From NCBI GenBank assembly GCA_902461945.1, contig CABPZQ010000001.1, positions 114,004-178,003 on the forward strand: 64,000 nucleotides of DNA. The letters are read 5' to 3'. The notes beneath the pieces were generated by a model. That model saw only the letters and a list, made by a program, of their open reading frames with translations. It searched no databases and had not been told where the DNA came from. A program made the translations under genes and the position numbers. Source of the stretch: an uncultured bacterium. GTDB taxonomy: Bacteria > Cyanobacteriota > Vampirovibrionia > Gastranaerophilales > Gastranaerophilaceae. Of this stretch, positions 10,463 to 23,100 are shown piece after piece. Each line of letters starts with the position of its first letter. The stretch's first letter is position 1.

Positions 10463-10476
10463 TTAGCTATCTCCTG

Positions 10477-10502
10477 TCAATTAAATTATAAAATTTAATT
10501 GA
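10477..10502. promoter_or_regulatory. AT-rich palindrome in the divergent XRE/pilin intergenic region
   Basis: caattaaatt-ataa-aatttaattg: 10-bp perfect arms. Confidence 0.35.
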
Positions 10503-10604
10503 TTTTTAATAATGACAAATTATTTCATATTTCTAATATATTTATTGACTTATGAATTTAAATGTCATATTATATTAATCAATTAGCATACTTGGAGGTG
10601 AATT

Positions 10605-11306
10605 ATGAGTATAAATAATTGCAAAAAATCAGGTTTCACACTTGCAGAAGTTCTGATAACACTTGGAATTATAGGTGTAGTTGCAGCAATTACAATACCC
10701 GGGCTATTAACTACTCATAAAGCCCAAAGACTGAAATCACAGTTTTTAGAATCTTATTCAATAATCCAGCAAGCCTTCAAGCAAATGGAAGCTGATGATG
10801 TTTCATTAGACCCGAACACATATCCAACAGGAACATTTTATCAAACTTTTATGAACTACCTGCAAGCTCCTTTTGACTGTGGTAAATCAAACAACTCTTC
10901 AGGAAAGAAAATCTTACCCTGCTACGATTACTCAAACGCAGCAAAAACTTACAAGTCACTAGATGGGAAATCAACAGTTGCGTATAACTGGTTTGACGAT
11001 GGTCAAATCGCCCTACAGAATGGAACACTTTTACTCATTGAAAACTATACAAATATTAATCAATTATGGGTATCTGTGGATTTAAACGGTTTTAACAACC
11101 CGCCTAACAGATGGGGATATGATTTATTTACTTTTCAATTTATAGAGGGCGAGTTATTAACAATGGGAGATAAAAAAACGAAATACAACGATATTGAAAA
11201 ATACTGCAACTTAAAAGGTTCAGGAGCATTTAACGGAGCTGCTTGCGCACAATTAGCAAAAACAGACACTGATTATTTTAAAACTTTAGTCAGAACACTG
11301 CATTAA
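10605..11306 (+). CDS. prepilin-type N-terminal cleavage/methylation domain protein (pilin/pseudopilin-like)
   Basis: KSGFTLAEVLITLGIIGVVAAITIP class III signal. Paralog of 48379..49059, sharing DLFTFQF...KYCN...FNG(A/I)ACAQ. Confidence 0.8.
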   Translation: MSINNCKKSGFTLAEVLITLGIIGVVAAITIPGLLTTHKAQRLKSQFLESYSIIQQAFKQMEADDVSLDPNTYPTGTFYQTFMNYLQAPFDCGKSNNSSGKKILPCYDYSNAAKTYKSLDGKSTVAYNWFDDGQIALQNGTLLLIENYTNINQLWVSVDLNGFNNPPNRWGYDLFTFQFIEGELLTMGDKKTKYNDIEKYCNLKGSGAFNGAACAQLAKTDTDYFKTLVRTLH

Positions 11307-12026
11307 TGGCTCAAACGGGGATTTTTCTTTCGCAAAAAGAATATCTATACAACGTTCTTCTATTAAATGTTTTATTACAGGTAAGACAAGAATTTCAGAC
11401 TCAAAATGCCCAATATCATAAACAACAATTTCACTCTCCAGTGCTGTGTGAAATTTCAAATCACCTGTAACAAGGCAATTTGCTCCAAGATTTTGAGCCT
11501 CTTGTATAAAATCAGAACCGCTCCCGGCACAAAAAGCAATACGACGCAACTCTTTAATTCCTCTGTTATTTATAATTCTTGCATTTGGAGAAATTACAGA
11601 AAGCATTTTAGAAAATTCTCTAACAGCAATACTTTCTTCAAATTCTACAAATCGTAAATATTCATGTTCTATTTGCAGCTTTCTATCATCCAGATTTAGT
11701 TTAGCGATAAGTGTATCTGTTGTACCACTGTATGCCTTATCAAGGTTTGTATGAGCACAATAGATATCAATATTTTTCCAGCAGCAAGGAACACAAAATG
11801 CCGGATGATGCGAAATTATCATATCGCAACCACAATTTTTCGCTTGCAAAACAATATCATCCGTCGGCGTTAAACACAACATTATTTTAAAAACTTCTTT
11901 TTTATCAGTCTCAACTATCCAGCCGGAAGCATCCCAGCTTTCAGCATTCTCTACAGGTGCAAAGTCTTCTATCTTTTTTATAATTTCATATTTATTCACA
12001 AATATACTCCAAAATTTCTCTTGCAA
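11286..12026 (-). CDS. Nif3-like dinuclear metal centre protein
   Basis: 246 aa. MIISHHPA and HTNLD metal-ligand motifs and a C-terminal DIGHFESE. Confidence 0.7.
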   Translation of the reverse strand: MQEKFWSIFVNKYEIIKKIEDFAPVENAESWDASGWIVETDKKEVFKIMLCLTPTDDIVLQAKNCGCDMIISHHPAFCVPCCWKNIDIYCAHTNLDKAYSGTTDTLIAKLNLDDRKLQIEHEYLRFVEFEESIAVREFSKMLSVISPNARIINNRGIKELRRIAFCAGSGSDFIQEAQNLGANCLVTGDLKFHTALESEIVVYDIGHFESEILVLPVIKHLIEERCIDILFAKEKSPFEPLMQCSD

Positions 12027-13167
12027 TCACTGACTTTGAAGCCTTTTCAAAAGTTTTAGCACCTCCTGATTTATCTAAAACAGTAACTTCATTTTCATCA
12101 GATGAAAAACCTATATCCGAACGGGAAATATCATTTGCAACAAGAAAATCACAGCCTTTTTTTTGAATTTTTTCTTTCGCATTTTGGAGCAGATTTTCAG
12201 ATTCTGCACAAAAGCCAACTACGATTTGCGAAGTTTTCTTTTCACACAAACCTTTTAATATATCAGGATTTTTGACTAACTCTAAAGACAATGTATCATC
12301 TGATGTTTTTTTCATTTTTTGTTCAGAATAATTTTTAACCCTGTAATCTGCAACTGCAGCAGCCATAATTATATAATTCGCATTTTTAAACTCATTATCT
12401 ATAGCCTTTTGCATATCAATCGCGGATTTTACATTTACGATTTTATATGGAGCTTCAAAATGCTTTGTAGTAATCAGAACAACTTCGGCTCCCATTTCAC
12501 ATGCACAATCAGCAATGGCTTTTCCCATCTTTCCGGATGAATAATTTGAAATATATCTAACAGGATCAATATCTTCAATAGTTCCACCAGCTGTTACAAC
12601 AATTTTTTTTCCCAGCAACACTTGTGAATAATTTAAAGATTCAACAACTGAATCATAAATTTTATCAATAGAACAAAGTCGCCCTTTACCAATATATCCA
12701 CAAGCCAAAAAACCACTTTCAGGCTCTAAAATTTCAACCCCTAAGCTTTTCAACTTTGAAATATTTTCTTGAACTATTTGATTATTCCACATATTACAAT
12801 TCATTGCAGGTGCAATAATCATTTTTTTTGAAAAAGCACAAGCAATCGATGTCAACAAGTTATCAGCAACTCCTTGAGCAATTTTAGAAATTGTATTAGC
12901 TGTAGCCGGAGCAATAACCATAACATCAGCTTCATCCGCTAGTGAAATATGCTCAGGCTTCCATTTTTTAACATCAAATTCTTGCACATAAACTTCATTT
13001 TGGCTTAAGTTTTGTAATGTAAGTTTAGTAACAAAATTCAATGAGTTTGGAGTTGCTACAACCTTTACATTTGCACCATTCTTTTTAAATTTTCTAATCA
13101 ATTCACAAATTTTATAAGCCGCAATTCCGCCAGTTATACCAACTAAGATTGTTTTACCATTAAGCAT
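11992..13167 (-). CDS. coaBC: bifunctional phosphopantothenoylcysteine decarboxylase/phosphopantothenate-cysteine ligase
   Basis: N-terminal flavoprotein domain (ILVGITGGIAAYK), a C-terminal CoaB domain, 391 aa. Confidence 0.9.
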   Translation of the reverse strand: MLNGKTILVGITGGIAAYKICELIRKFKKNGANVKVVATPNSLNFVTKLTLQNLSQNEVYVQEFDVKKWKPEHISLADEADVMVIAPATANTISKIAQGVADNLLTSIACAFSKKMIIAPAMNCNMWNNQIVQENISKLKSLGVEILEPESGFLACGYIGKGRLCSIDKIYDSVVESLNYSQVLLGKKIVVTAGGTIEDIDPVRYISNYSSGKMGKAIADCACEMGAEVVLITTKHFEAPYKIVNVKSAIDMQKAIDNEFKNANYIIMAAAVADYRVKNYSEQKMKKTSDDTLSLELVKNPDILKGLCEKKTSQIVVGFCAESENLLQNAKEKIQKKGCDFLVANDISRSDIGFSSDENEVTVLDKSGGAKTFEKASKSVIAREILEYICE

Positions 13168-13168
13168 T

Positions 13169-13729
13169 CTAAGCTAATTCCTTTTTAGTAATACTTTCGA
13201 TTTCTGAAATTGCACGTTCCAAATCATCATTCACGACAACATAATCATATTGTTTTGAGCGTTCCAATTCTATTTTTACAAAATCCAAGCGTTTTTGGAT
13301 AGTTTCTTCATCTTCAGTATTACGACCGCGCAAACGATGTTCCAATTCTTCAAAACTTGGGGGAGCTATAAATATCAAAACTGCTTCAGGCATTTTTTTC
13401 TTAACTTGTAACGCACCTTGAGTTTCAATTTCAAGAATTATATTCATACCTTCTTCAAATTTCTGATGAATATACTTTTGTTTCGTACCATAAAAATTTC
13501 CTGCAAATTGAGCGTGTTCCAAGAATTTATCTTTTTTTATACAATCTTCAAATTCTTCTTTAGTTAAGAAAAAATAATTAACACCATCAACTTCACCAGG
13601 GCGAGGTTTTCTTGTAGTACAAGAAACTGAAAGCATAAAATCCTTAGAGTTTCTAGCCATAAACTCTTTCAATACAGTGCCTTTACCAACACCAGAACAT
13701 CCTGATATTACAAACAATTTTTTATTCAT
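13169..13729 (-). CDS. gmk: guanylate kinase
   Basis: P-loop SGCSGVGKGT. Typical length. Confidence 0.9.
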   Translation of the reverse strand: MNKKLFVISGCSGVGKGTVLKEFMARNSKDFMLSVSCTTRKPRPGEVDGVNYFFLTKEEFEDCIKKDKFLEHAQFAGNFYGTKQKYIHQKFEEGMNIILEIETQGALQVKKKMPEAVLIFIAPPSFEELEHRLRGRNTEDEETIQKRLDFVKIELERSKQYDYVVVNDDLERAISEIESITKKELA

Positions 13730-14450
13730 AGATTGATTATACTATGAAGTATAAAAAAATTAAAGAATTTTAATACATAAAAATTATTATAAGAAATAAT
13801 AAATTTTCAGATTAGCAATCTGCAAATTTTATAAAAAAGGGGGTTCGGGGGTATAGCCCCTGATAACTCGAGCCATTCAATCAGGCGTGTTTTTCTTTTT
13901 CGGTTCTACTTTTTCTTTTTGCGTCGCAATCAAAAAGAAAAAGTGAACAAAAGGAAATTATTTAATGAAAATCATAATCTCAAATGAATACTTTAAATAA
14001 TTATCCTGCATACTCCATTTGAAATAAACGTATAACTTGACATATTGTGCTTTTATACCACATTTCTTTGACCGCAAAGAAACGTGGAACAAAGAAATTC
14101 TCTCCCATCGCTACGCTCACTAATAAATTGTAAATGCTCAACTTCAAAATGAGCAAACTCACTGAGAATAATCAAAACTGGATTGGAAATTTAAATTTTG
14201 CCCGTTCAAACATGCTCATTTTTGTTGTTGTTTCGCATAACATTTATTGTTCGCTTTGCGGAGGGCGAATTCTTAATAAAAATTCGCCTAATTTTTATAA
14301 ATAATAATAAATATAAATATATTTCATCTGCTTATAATAATTTTTATGTAATTATTAATTTTTCCTTAACTTTTAACTAAAATTTAAAAATCCGTTATAT
14401 AAATATATTGTTAGTTAAATTATATTCAGACTAAAAAAGGAGAGAAAATC

Positions 14451-14735
14451 ATGATTAAACCATTAGGTGAAAGAATTGTTATTAAAGTTGTAGAAGAAAC
14501 AGAACAAACTTCAGGCGGAATTTTCATTCCTGATAGCGCAAAAGAAAAACCTCAAAGAGGCGAAGTTGTAGCTGTTGGACTTGGAAAATTAAATGACAAA
14601 GGTGAAAGAGAACCAATGGATGTTAAAGTTGGTGATGTAATCCTATATGCTAAATATTCAGGCACTGATGTTAAGGTTGATGGTGTAGAATATAAAATTC
14701 TATCAATTAAAGATGCTTTAGCAGTTATTGAATAA
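14451..14735 (+). CDS. groES: co-chaperonin GroES
   Basis: 94 aa. [11 protein letters not shown] and mobile-loop motifs. AAGGAGAG RBS. Confidence 0.95.
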   Translation: MIKPLGERIVIKVVEETEQTSGGIFIPDSAKEKPQRGEVVAVGLGKLNDKGEREPMDVKVGDVILYAKYSGTDVKVDGVEYKILSIKDALAVIE

Positions 14736-14751
14736 TAAAAAGTTATTGTAA

Positions 14752-16416
<1,665 letters not shown>

Positions 16417-16456
16417 TTTAAAAACATCGTATTTAACAACTACAATATAAAATTTT

Positions 16457-16488
16457 GGCGGTGAATAAAATTTATTCACCGCCTTTTT
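16457..16488 (+). terminator. rho-independent terminator of groESL
   Basis: ggcggtgaata-aaa-tttattcaccgcc followed by ttttt. Confidence 0.75.
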
Positions 16489-16512
16489 AATATAAAAAAT
16501 AAAATATAAAGT

Positions 16513-17160
16513 TTATTTATTAAATTTTTCTTTTAAAATTTCAACTTCAGCTTTCAATTTATTTATTTCACATCTAACAGGGTCTGGAATTCTGTTATGC
16601 ATCAAGTTTCCTTGTTTATCTACAACTGCTCTATGAACAACTCTGCCTGGGATACCAACTACTGTAGAATATTCTGGAACATCTTCAATTACAACAGAAC
16701 CAGCTCCAATTCGAACATAATCACCAATAGTAATATTTCCAAGAACCTTAGCTCCAGCTCCAACAATTACATTATTACCTAATGTTGGGTGTCTTTTACC
16801 TTGTTCTTTACCTGTACCACCTAGTGTAACTTGTTGATAAATCAAAACATCATCACCAACAATTGTAGTTGCGCCTATTACAACTCCCTCACCATGGTCA
16901 ATAAAAAATCTTCTGCCAATTCTGGCTCCAGGATGAATTTCAATACCTGTGATTATTCTTGTTAGATATGAAATTATACGAGGAATTAATGGTATATTCC
17001 ACTTGTACAAACGATGAGCAAATCTATATGCAACAATCGCATGCAAACCGGGATAGCAAAGAATTACCTCTAGCAAATTCGTTGCTGCAGGATCATTATC
17101 ATATATAACTTTTATGTCTTCTTTTACTTTAGAAATTCCTCGTTTTATAACTGATAGCAT
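16513..17160 (-). CDS. cysE: serine O-acetyltransferase
   Basis: SAT N-terminal domain plus hexapeptide repeats (GIEIHPGARIGRRFFIDHGEGVVIG). Confidence 0.85.
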   Translation of the reverse strand: MLSVIKRGISKVKEDIKVIYDNDPAATNLLEVILCYPGLHAIVAYRFAHRLYKWNIPLIPRIISYLTRIITGIEIHPGARIGRRFFIDHGEGVVIGATTIVGDDVLIYQQVTLGGTGKEQGKRHPTLGNNVIVGAGAKVLGNITIGDYVRIGAGSVVIEDVPEYSTVVGIPGRVVHRAVVDKQGNLMHNRIPDPVRCEINKLKAEVEILKEKFNK

Positions 17161-17175
17161 TATATCTTTACCTAT

Positions 17176-18399
17176 CTATTTTACTAGTTTTGCAAATTTA
17201 CGTTTTCCCGCTTGTAACACTACACTTTCTTCAAATGAAACAGCATATGACATATCGGTAACTTTTTCACCATCAATTTTTACACCGCCACCTTGAATTA
17301 GTCTTTTTGCTTCTCCACGACTAGCAGTAAATTTTAATTCTGTAATTAAATCAAGAATATTTTTACCTTGCTCAACTTTTACTTCTTGAATATCATCAGG
17401 AATACCTTTATTTGAAACTACATTAATAAAGTCTTCCTGAGCTTTATCTGCACCTTCTTTACCATGATATTCTTCGGTAATTTGATGTGCTAATTGCATT
17501 TTTATATTTCTTGGATTTACAGAACCATCTGCAATTTGTCTATCATAAGTTTCTAATTCTTCTTTTGTTGCATCTGTTAACAAACTATAATAACGTGTAA
17601 TCATATTATCTGGAATACTCATCAATTTTCCAAACATATCTTTTGCACTATCAGTTAAAGATATACAATGTTCAGGATATGTTTTTGACATTTTTACAAC
17701 ACCATCAGTACCTTCTAACAATGGAAGAAGCACAACTAATTGTGGATATTTTTTACCATAAGCAGTTTGTATATCTCTACCTAACAATGTGTTAAATCTT
17801 TGGTCTGTTCCGCCTAATTCAATATCTGCATCAATTGCAACTGAATCATATGCCTGCATTAATGGATAGAAAAATTCTACAATTGAAATAGGTTTACCAT
17901 CTGCATATCTTTTTGCAAAATCATCTCTAGTCATCATTTGAGCTACTGTAACTTGTGCTGATAATTTTAATAATTCAGTAAAACTCATTTTATGTAACCA
18001 ATCTGCATTATTAACTACTTCAGCTTTTGTAACATCTATAACTTTTGACATCTGGTCAAAATAAGTTTTCGCATTTTCTTCAACCTGTTCTTTAGTTAAA
18101 GCAGGTCTTGTTTCAGATTTCCCAGAAGGATCACCAACCATAGCTGTTGCCCCACCAACCAGAAGAACAATTTTATGACCTAAAGCTTGGAATTCTTTTA
18201 ATTTTCTCATTACAACAGTATGACCTAAGTGTAAATCCGGTCTTGTTGGATCCATACCCAATTTTATTCTTAATGGAGTATTAGTATCTGCTGAATGCTG
18301 TAATTTTGCAGCTAATTCTTCAATTCCACCCGGTAAAACTTCTGCATTTCTAGCTATATGTTGTGCCTGTTTTATAAATTCTTCTCTTATTTCTACCAT
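17176..18399 (-). CDS. tyrS: tyrosine-tRNA ligase
   Basis: HIGH-type motif HLGH, KMSKT motif and a C-terminal S4 domain. Confidence 0.9.
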   Translation of the reverse strand: MVEIREEFIKQAQHIARNAEVLPGGIEELAAKLQHSADTNTPLRIKLGMDPTRPDLHLGHTVVMRKLKEFQALGHKIVLLVGGATAMVGDPSGKSETRPALTKEQVEENAKTYFDQMSKVIDVTKAEVVNNADWLHKMSFTELLKLSAQVTVAQMMTRDDFAKRYADGKPISIVEFFYPLMQAYDSVAIDADIELGGTDQRFNTLLGRDIQTAYGKKYPQLVVLLPLLEGTDGVVKMSKTYPEHCISLTDSAKDMFGKLMSIPDNMITRYYSLLTDATKEELETYDRQIADGSVNPRNIKMQLAHQITEEYHGKEGADKAQEDFINVVSNKGIPDDIQEVKVEQGKNILDLITELKFTASRGEAKRLIQGGGVKIDGEKVTDMSYAVSFEESVVLQAGKRKFAKLVK

Positions 18400-18488
18400 A
18401 ATAAATTTCTCCTATCAGTTAAACTGATTATAACAAAAACAAATAGAAGAAACGACACCTAAAAATATTTTCAGGTGTCGTAATTTAT

Positions 18489-18863
18489 TTATAAAGAAGC
18501 TTCTATAGAATTCAAGCTCTCCCTTAATTCTGCAGCTTGCTCATTATAATACTCAAGCCAGGTTTGCCCTGTTTTAGAATCTTTAACTGTATTTTCACAA
18601 ACTGCACGAATTCGCTTGGAATCAATATCATTCAACTCCAATTTTATCTGTTCTATTCTGCGAATTTTATTTTCTTCTTGTTTTAATAATTCATAATCCG
18701 GATTTTCAACAATACTACCATTCGCGTATGAGTATTTCAAAGGGTCATTACAAAAATCATTATATATATCTTCAAAAACCTCTACATTTAAAACCTCATC
18801 ATTTAAACAACGACATTGACCGGCACCATTAATTTCATTATTCTCTATATAAATATAATACAT
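18489..18863 (-). CDS. hypothetical protein (124 aa)
   Basis: ORF immediately downstream of 18866..19456. Coiled-coil-like C-terminus. Confidence 0.4.
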   Translation of the reverse strand: MYYIYIENNEINGAGQCRCLNDEVLNVEVFEDIYNDFCNDPLKYSYANGSIVENPDYELLKQEENKIRRIEQIKLELNDIDSKRIRAVCENTVKDSKTGQTWLEYYNEQAAELRESLNSIEASL

Positions 18864-18865
18864 AA

Positions 18866-19456
18866 TTACCTAACCTTTCTATATGCTGAAATCCTGACAG
18901 AACAACTATTTGCATAACTTGCAGCGTTGGTTTCATCTCCAACAAAAAGCCTTATCTTTCTATCTTTAGATATCGGAACTACACAATTACCCGAAGCAAT
19001 ATTATTTACACCAGAAACTCGAGTTACAGCCCGACACATATAAAGAGACCCACAAAGAGCGGAACTAAGACTCAATGATAGGCAATTATTTATGTGCGTA
19101 CCAGTTCTAATTATCGCACTAACTATTATTTCATATACATTTTCATCTTTTGGAAGCATTGAAGATAAATCAAAAGACTTATCATAAGAACTACTTAAAG
19201 TAGCCTCTCGAATGATAAATTCACCTTTTATAATCCATTTGCCGTCAAGTTCTGTTTTGTCAGCTTTTGTATCTAAAACTTTTTGACCTTCCGTGTCGAT
19301 ATTTGATAAGTCCTTATTTAATTTTTGAGTATTCAAATCCTCGATTTTTACATTCGACTTTTCTATTTCGTCTAAAACAGCAACAAAATTTGCATTAACT
19401 TCTTCCGCCTTTGCCTTTGCTCCGGGCACAAAAGAGTATGGAACACTTGATGTCAT
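18866..19456 (-). CDS. hypothetical protein (196 aa), possibly phage tail-fibre-like
   Basis: N-terminal AEEVNANFVAVLDEI resembles motifs remembered from tail-fibre N-termini. Weak. Confidence 0.4.
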   Translation of the reverse strand: MTSSVPYSFVPGAKAKAEEVNANFVAVLDEIEKSNVKIEDLNTQKLNKDLSNIDTEGQKVLDTKADKTELDGKWIIKGEFIIREATLSSSYDKSFDLSSMLPKDENVYEIIVSAIIRTGTHINNCLSLSLSSALCGSLYMCRAVTRVSGVNNIASGNCVVPISKDRKIRLFVGDETNAASYANSCSVRISAYRKVR

Positions 19457-19566
19457 ATTTTCCTTTCTGACAGTTCCAACAACTCCTCGGCTAAAAATTA
19501 TATTATTGTGAAATTAACACCTTATTATATCATATATTTTCCTAAATCGTCAAGTTAAAACAGCTC

Positions 19567-19600
19567 TATAAGAATTATAGAGCTGTTTTTATTAAGTTAT
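19567..19600 (-). terminator. rho-independent terminator hairpin
   Basis: acagctctata-agaat-tatagagctgt, with a T-run on the minus strand. Confidence 0.6.
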
Positions 19601-19634
19601 TTTTATAAAAATTTTCTATTTCAATAAATTGGTA

Positions 19635-20003
19635 TTAAGCAGATTTACCTTTGAATAAATTTACTACAGGTTCATAAGTATATTTAGCAATTGCTTCACC
19701 TGCAGTTGCAACATAATGCCCAACTTTTTGCATCAATGTAGCAGCCTCTTTATCAGCTTGAGATAAAGTTTTTATAGCATTAGGGAAAACTTTTGGTAAC
19801 GCAACAAGAGTTGCTGCAACTACTGCTAAAGTTGCCAGTGTTCCTACAACCTTTTTACCTGTTCCGGAAGATTTTTTTTCTTCTACAGGAGCCTGCTCAG
19901 CTTTTGGTACTGGGGAAGAAAATTTGCCAGGTCTTTCTAATATACTTGAAACATTATTCTGCTCACCACAAAAACGAACACTTGAAATAGGACTAACCAT
20001 CAT
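19635..20003 (-). CDS. hypothetical membrane protein (122 aa)
   Basis: One hydrophobic helix, VVGTLATLAVVAATLVAL. Confidence 0.4.
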   Translation of the reverse strand: MMVSPISSVRFCGEQNNVSSILERPGKFSSPVPKAEQAPVEEKKSSGTGKKVVGTLATLAVVAATLVALPKVFPNAIKTLSQADKEAATLMQKVGHYVATAGEAIAKYTYEPVVNLFKGKSA

Positions 20004-20173
20004 TTGGAAAACCTCCTTAACACTTTAATACACACTAATAATAAAACACTTAATAACTTTATTTTGACCAATTAATTTTATTTTGCAAACTATTGTTACA
20101 AAAATTTACAAACAATTTGGAATATTTTCAATTGTCGTGTCATCTATATACATGTAGAGGAGGAGAGTATAAA

Positions 20174-23100
20174 ATGGTTGGAAAGCAAGATACACTGATT
20201 TATATTGAACAGGAAAACAAAACTGAAGCAGAATTTATGTCTAGGAGCTTTGTTAACAGTACTATAAAAAACAGAGCATACATTAACGCACTTGGGGCCG
20301 AATTGGTTATGAAATATTTAGCTTCAGAGGGGATAGATATTTCTGACACTCACAACATGCATTCAATATCTAAAATCCTCGAAAAAATTGACATATCAGA
20401 CATCTTGTTGCCTAATATTCATATTGATGTAAGAGTCATCTTTGACGAAAACCAAATATTTATTCCAAAAACACATTTTCAACTGGAAATAACTCCTGAC
20501 ATTTATGTTGTACTTAAACTTGCAAAAGATTTCAGCCATGTAGAATTTTTAGGATACTTTGAACCGGATTCACTAAATTTAAAACTTTGCAACAATGATT
20601 ACTATTTCTTTGAAAAAGAAAAATTACATGCTCCATCTACATTAAAACAATTTATTAAAAATTTTACAGGGAACACATCCCGTGGACTCTCTCAAGATGA
20701 TATTTTGAGAGGAAGAGAATTATCTATTGCTATGGCTGACCATAATATTTCAGATTCTGAGCAAAAAGAATTAATTGAACTTTTACTATTAAGTAGCGAA
20801 TTAAGAGAAAGTGTTTTGGAATTTGATAACTTTGAAACTCTATCATACAGCGTCGGCTCAACGTTATCCAAAAACAATACGGAACAAACAAAATCAGCAG
20901 CAATAATTTTAGACCCAGAACAAGACACCTCTGAGCAAAATGAAGAACAGCAAAATAATCAGGAAGAACAAACAGGTAATACTGAAGAAAATATTGAGGA
21001 TTTAACAGATAATACTCTTGAAGAAATTGATTTTTCAAATACTCAGGATGACATAGTACTAGATGAAAGCTTTTTCGAGTTGACCGAACCAGAAACTGCT
21101 GAAAATCTATCAGGAAATAAAGCTGATACTGAACAACCTGAAGCAGAAGCTGAAAACATTTTGGATTTTGAACAAAAAGACTCAAGCGTTACAAATATCT
21201 CAGATATACAAAATCCACAAGAAGAGACCTTGCTGGAAATCGAAGATTTGGTAACAACAGAAGAAAATATTGAACCCCTTGAAGAATTAGAATTAAATAG
21301 TCAAGATTTAATTCTTCCAGAAGCCGAAACATTACAGCTTGATGAAAATATTCCTCAAGAAGAAAATACATTAGAAAAAACAGTTGGTGATGCCGTTCAA
21401 AAAGCACTGAAAAAATCCGAAGAAATATCCACACCTGCAAATGACGATAATATTGAGCAAGGCGCCTCAAAAGATGCAATAAAACTAGCAGGAGTTTCAG
21501 GTGACATTGTTAACGAATTACTCAACAAAAATATAGAAAGCCAACAAGAAGAACTTAATAAAATTGACTATTCACAAATATCAACAAATGCGACAGAAGT
21601 ACCTGAACACATAGCAGCCTACGATCTTTCATCTGCAAAAATCGAAATGGACGCACAGGCAGAAGCTTCCGGACAATTTGATACACCAAAAGATCTTTCT
21701 GATTTCAAAACAGTAGAAATAAAACAAACTATAGGCGAGGAAGAAACTTTTGTTCCTGAAACTATAGATTTAGAAAGCATGGAATCTGTTGAAACTGAAG
21801 ATTTCAACGAAAACACTGAAAGCATTGTAGATTTAGAACATTTATCAACGATAGATTCCCCTACAAAACCAGTAGACGACTTGGAAGAAAAACTACAAAA
21901 TAACAATTCTGATGAACATTTATCAGATATGAATTTTTCAAACATGTCTTCATTTACAATAAACGAAGATGGCTCATCTCCAATAGATGACATCGATATC
22001 AATTTTAATAATGATAACGATGAACATCTTGTTGATTTTGGACCAGCCTCCAATACCTTAATAATAGATGATACACCACAACAATACTATTCTTCATCTA
22101 CAGATGAATCTCTTGAAGCAGATTTAATGCTTGAAGATGGTTTCTCTACAGATGAAATTTTCGAACCGGAAACCAAAAAAGAAGAAGTTACTTTAGTAGA
22201 CGATACACCACAAGAAACTTCAAATAATACAAACGAAACAATCACAATGGAAGAACTTTCAATTGATGAGACTTTTGAAGATACAATGTCACTAGACGAT
22301 TCTAATATTTTGCTTGACGAAAATCTTTCGGGTGAAGAATTTGATTTGGCTACAGAAACAACAATTGAAGAACTTTCACCTTCTCTTGAAAATGATGAAT
22401 CATTAAATATACTGGCAGAAAACTTAGCTGAACCGATGTTTGAAGAACCTTTGCCTGAAAATGATATTATAATTAACGAAACAATAGAACCAAATAATAA
22501 GGCTGATATTGAATCAATAGAACTTCCTGCAGCTCAAATAGATACCGGTGATGAATTATCACCTGATATGCTGCTTGATAATGTAATCAATAACATTGAA
22601 ACAGATAAGAACATGACAGCTAATGAAACTGTCAGTGAAGAAATACAAACAAACATAAATGAAACAATAGAATTACCAGAAAGCACAATTCTTGAGGAAA
22701 CAAATTTTGAACAAATTCAATTACCGAACGAAGTTTCTGAAACCAGCACAACTCAAGAATCTGATATTATTCAAAATAATTCTCTAGAACTTGATAATCA
22801 GGATTGGTTAAACGATACAACCTATGATAACATTCCGGATGCTGAAATTCAAGCACAATCCGATATTGAAACAATGGAACCTGATAATATACTGGATGAA
22901 TTATCACCTGAAGAATTTATAACCGAACCTGAACCAAATAACGAAAAAATCTTTGCAGTAACAGAAAACTCTGTTACAATTAGTGATATGAACTTTACAC
23001 CGGGAGAAATTCCAATAGATATCAACAACAATGAACAACCTCAGCTTGACGGTCCTGAACAGCTTGAAAGCATATACGATACAGATAACTCGGTACCAGG

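Noticed and set aside
14198-14380. 60-aa ORF in the groES upstream region
   Set aside because: AT-rich, with no RBS and a nonsense-like translation. The region is better explained as structured non-coding leader.
14300-14450. CIRCE/HrcA operator upstream of groES
   Set aside because: No TTAGCACTC-N9-GAGTGCTAA-like inverted repeat found by eye in the 700 bp upstream.
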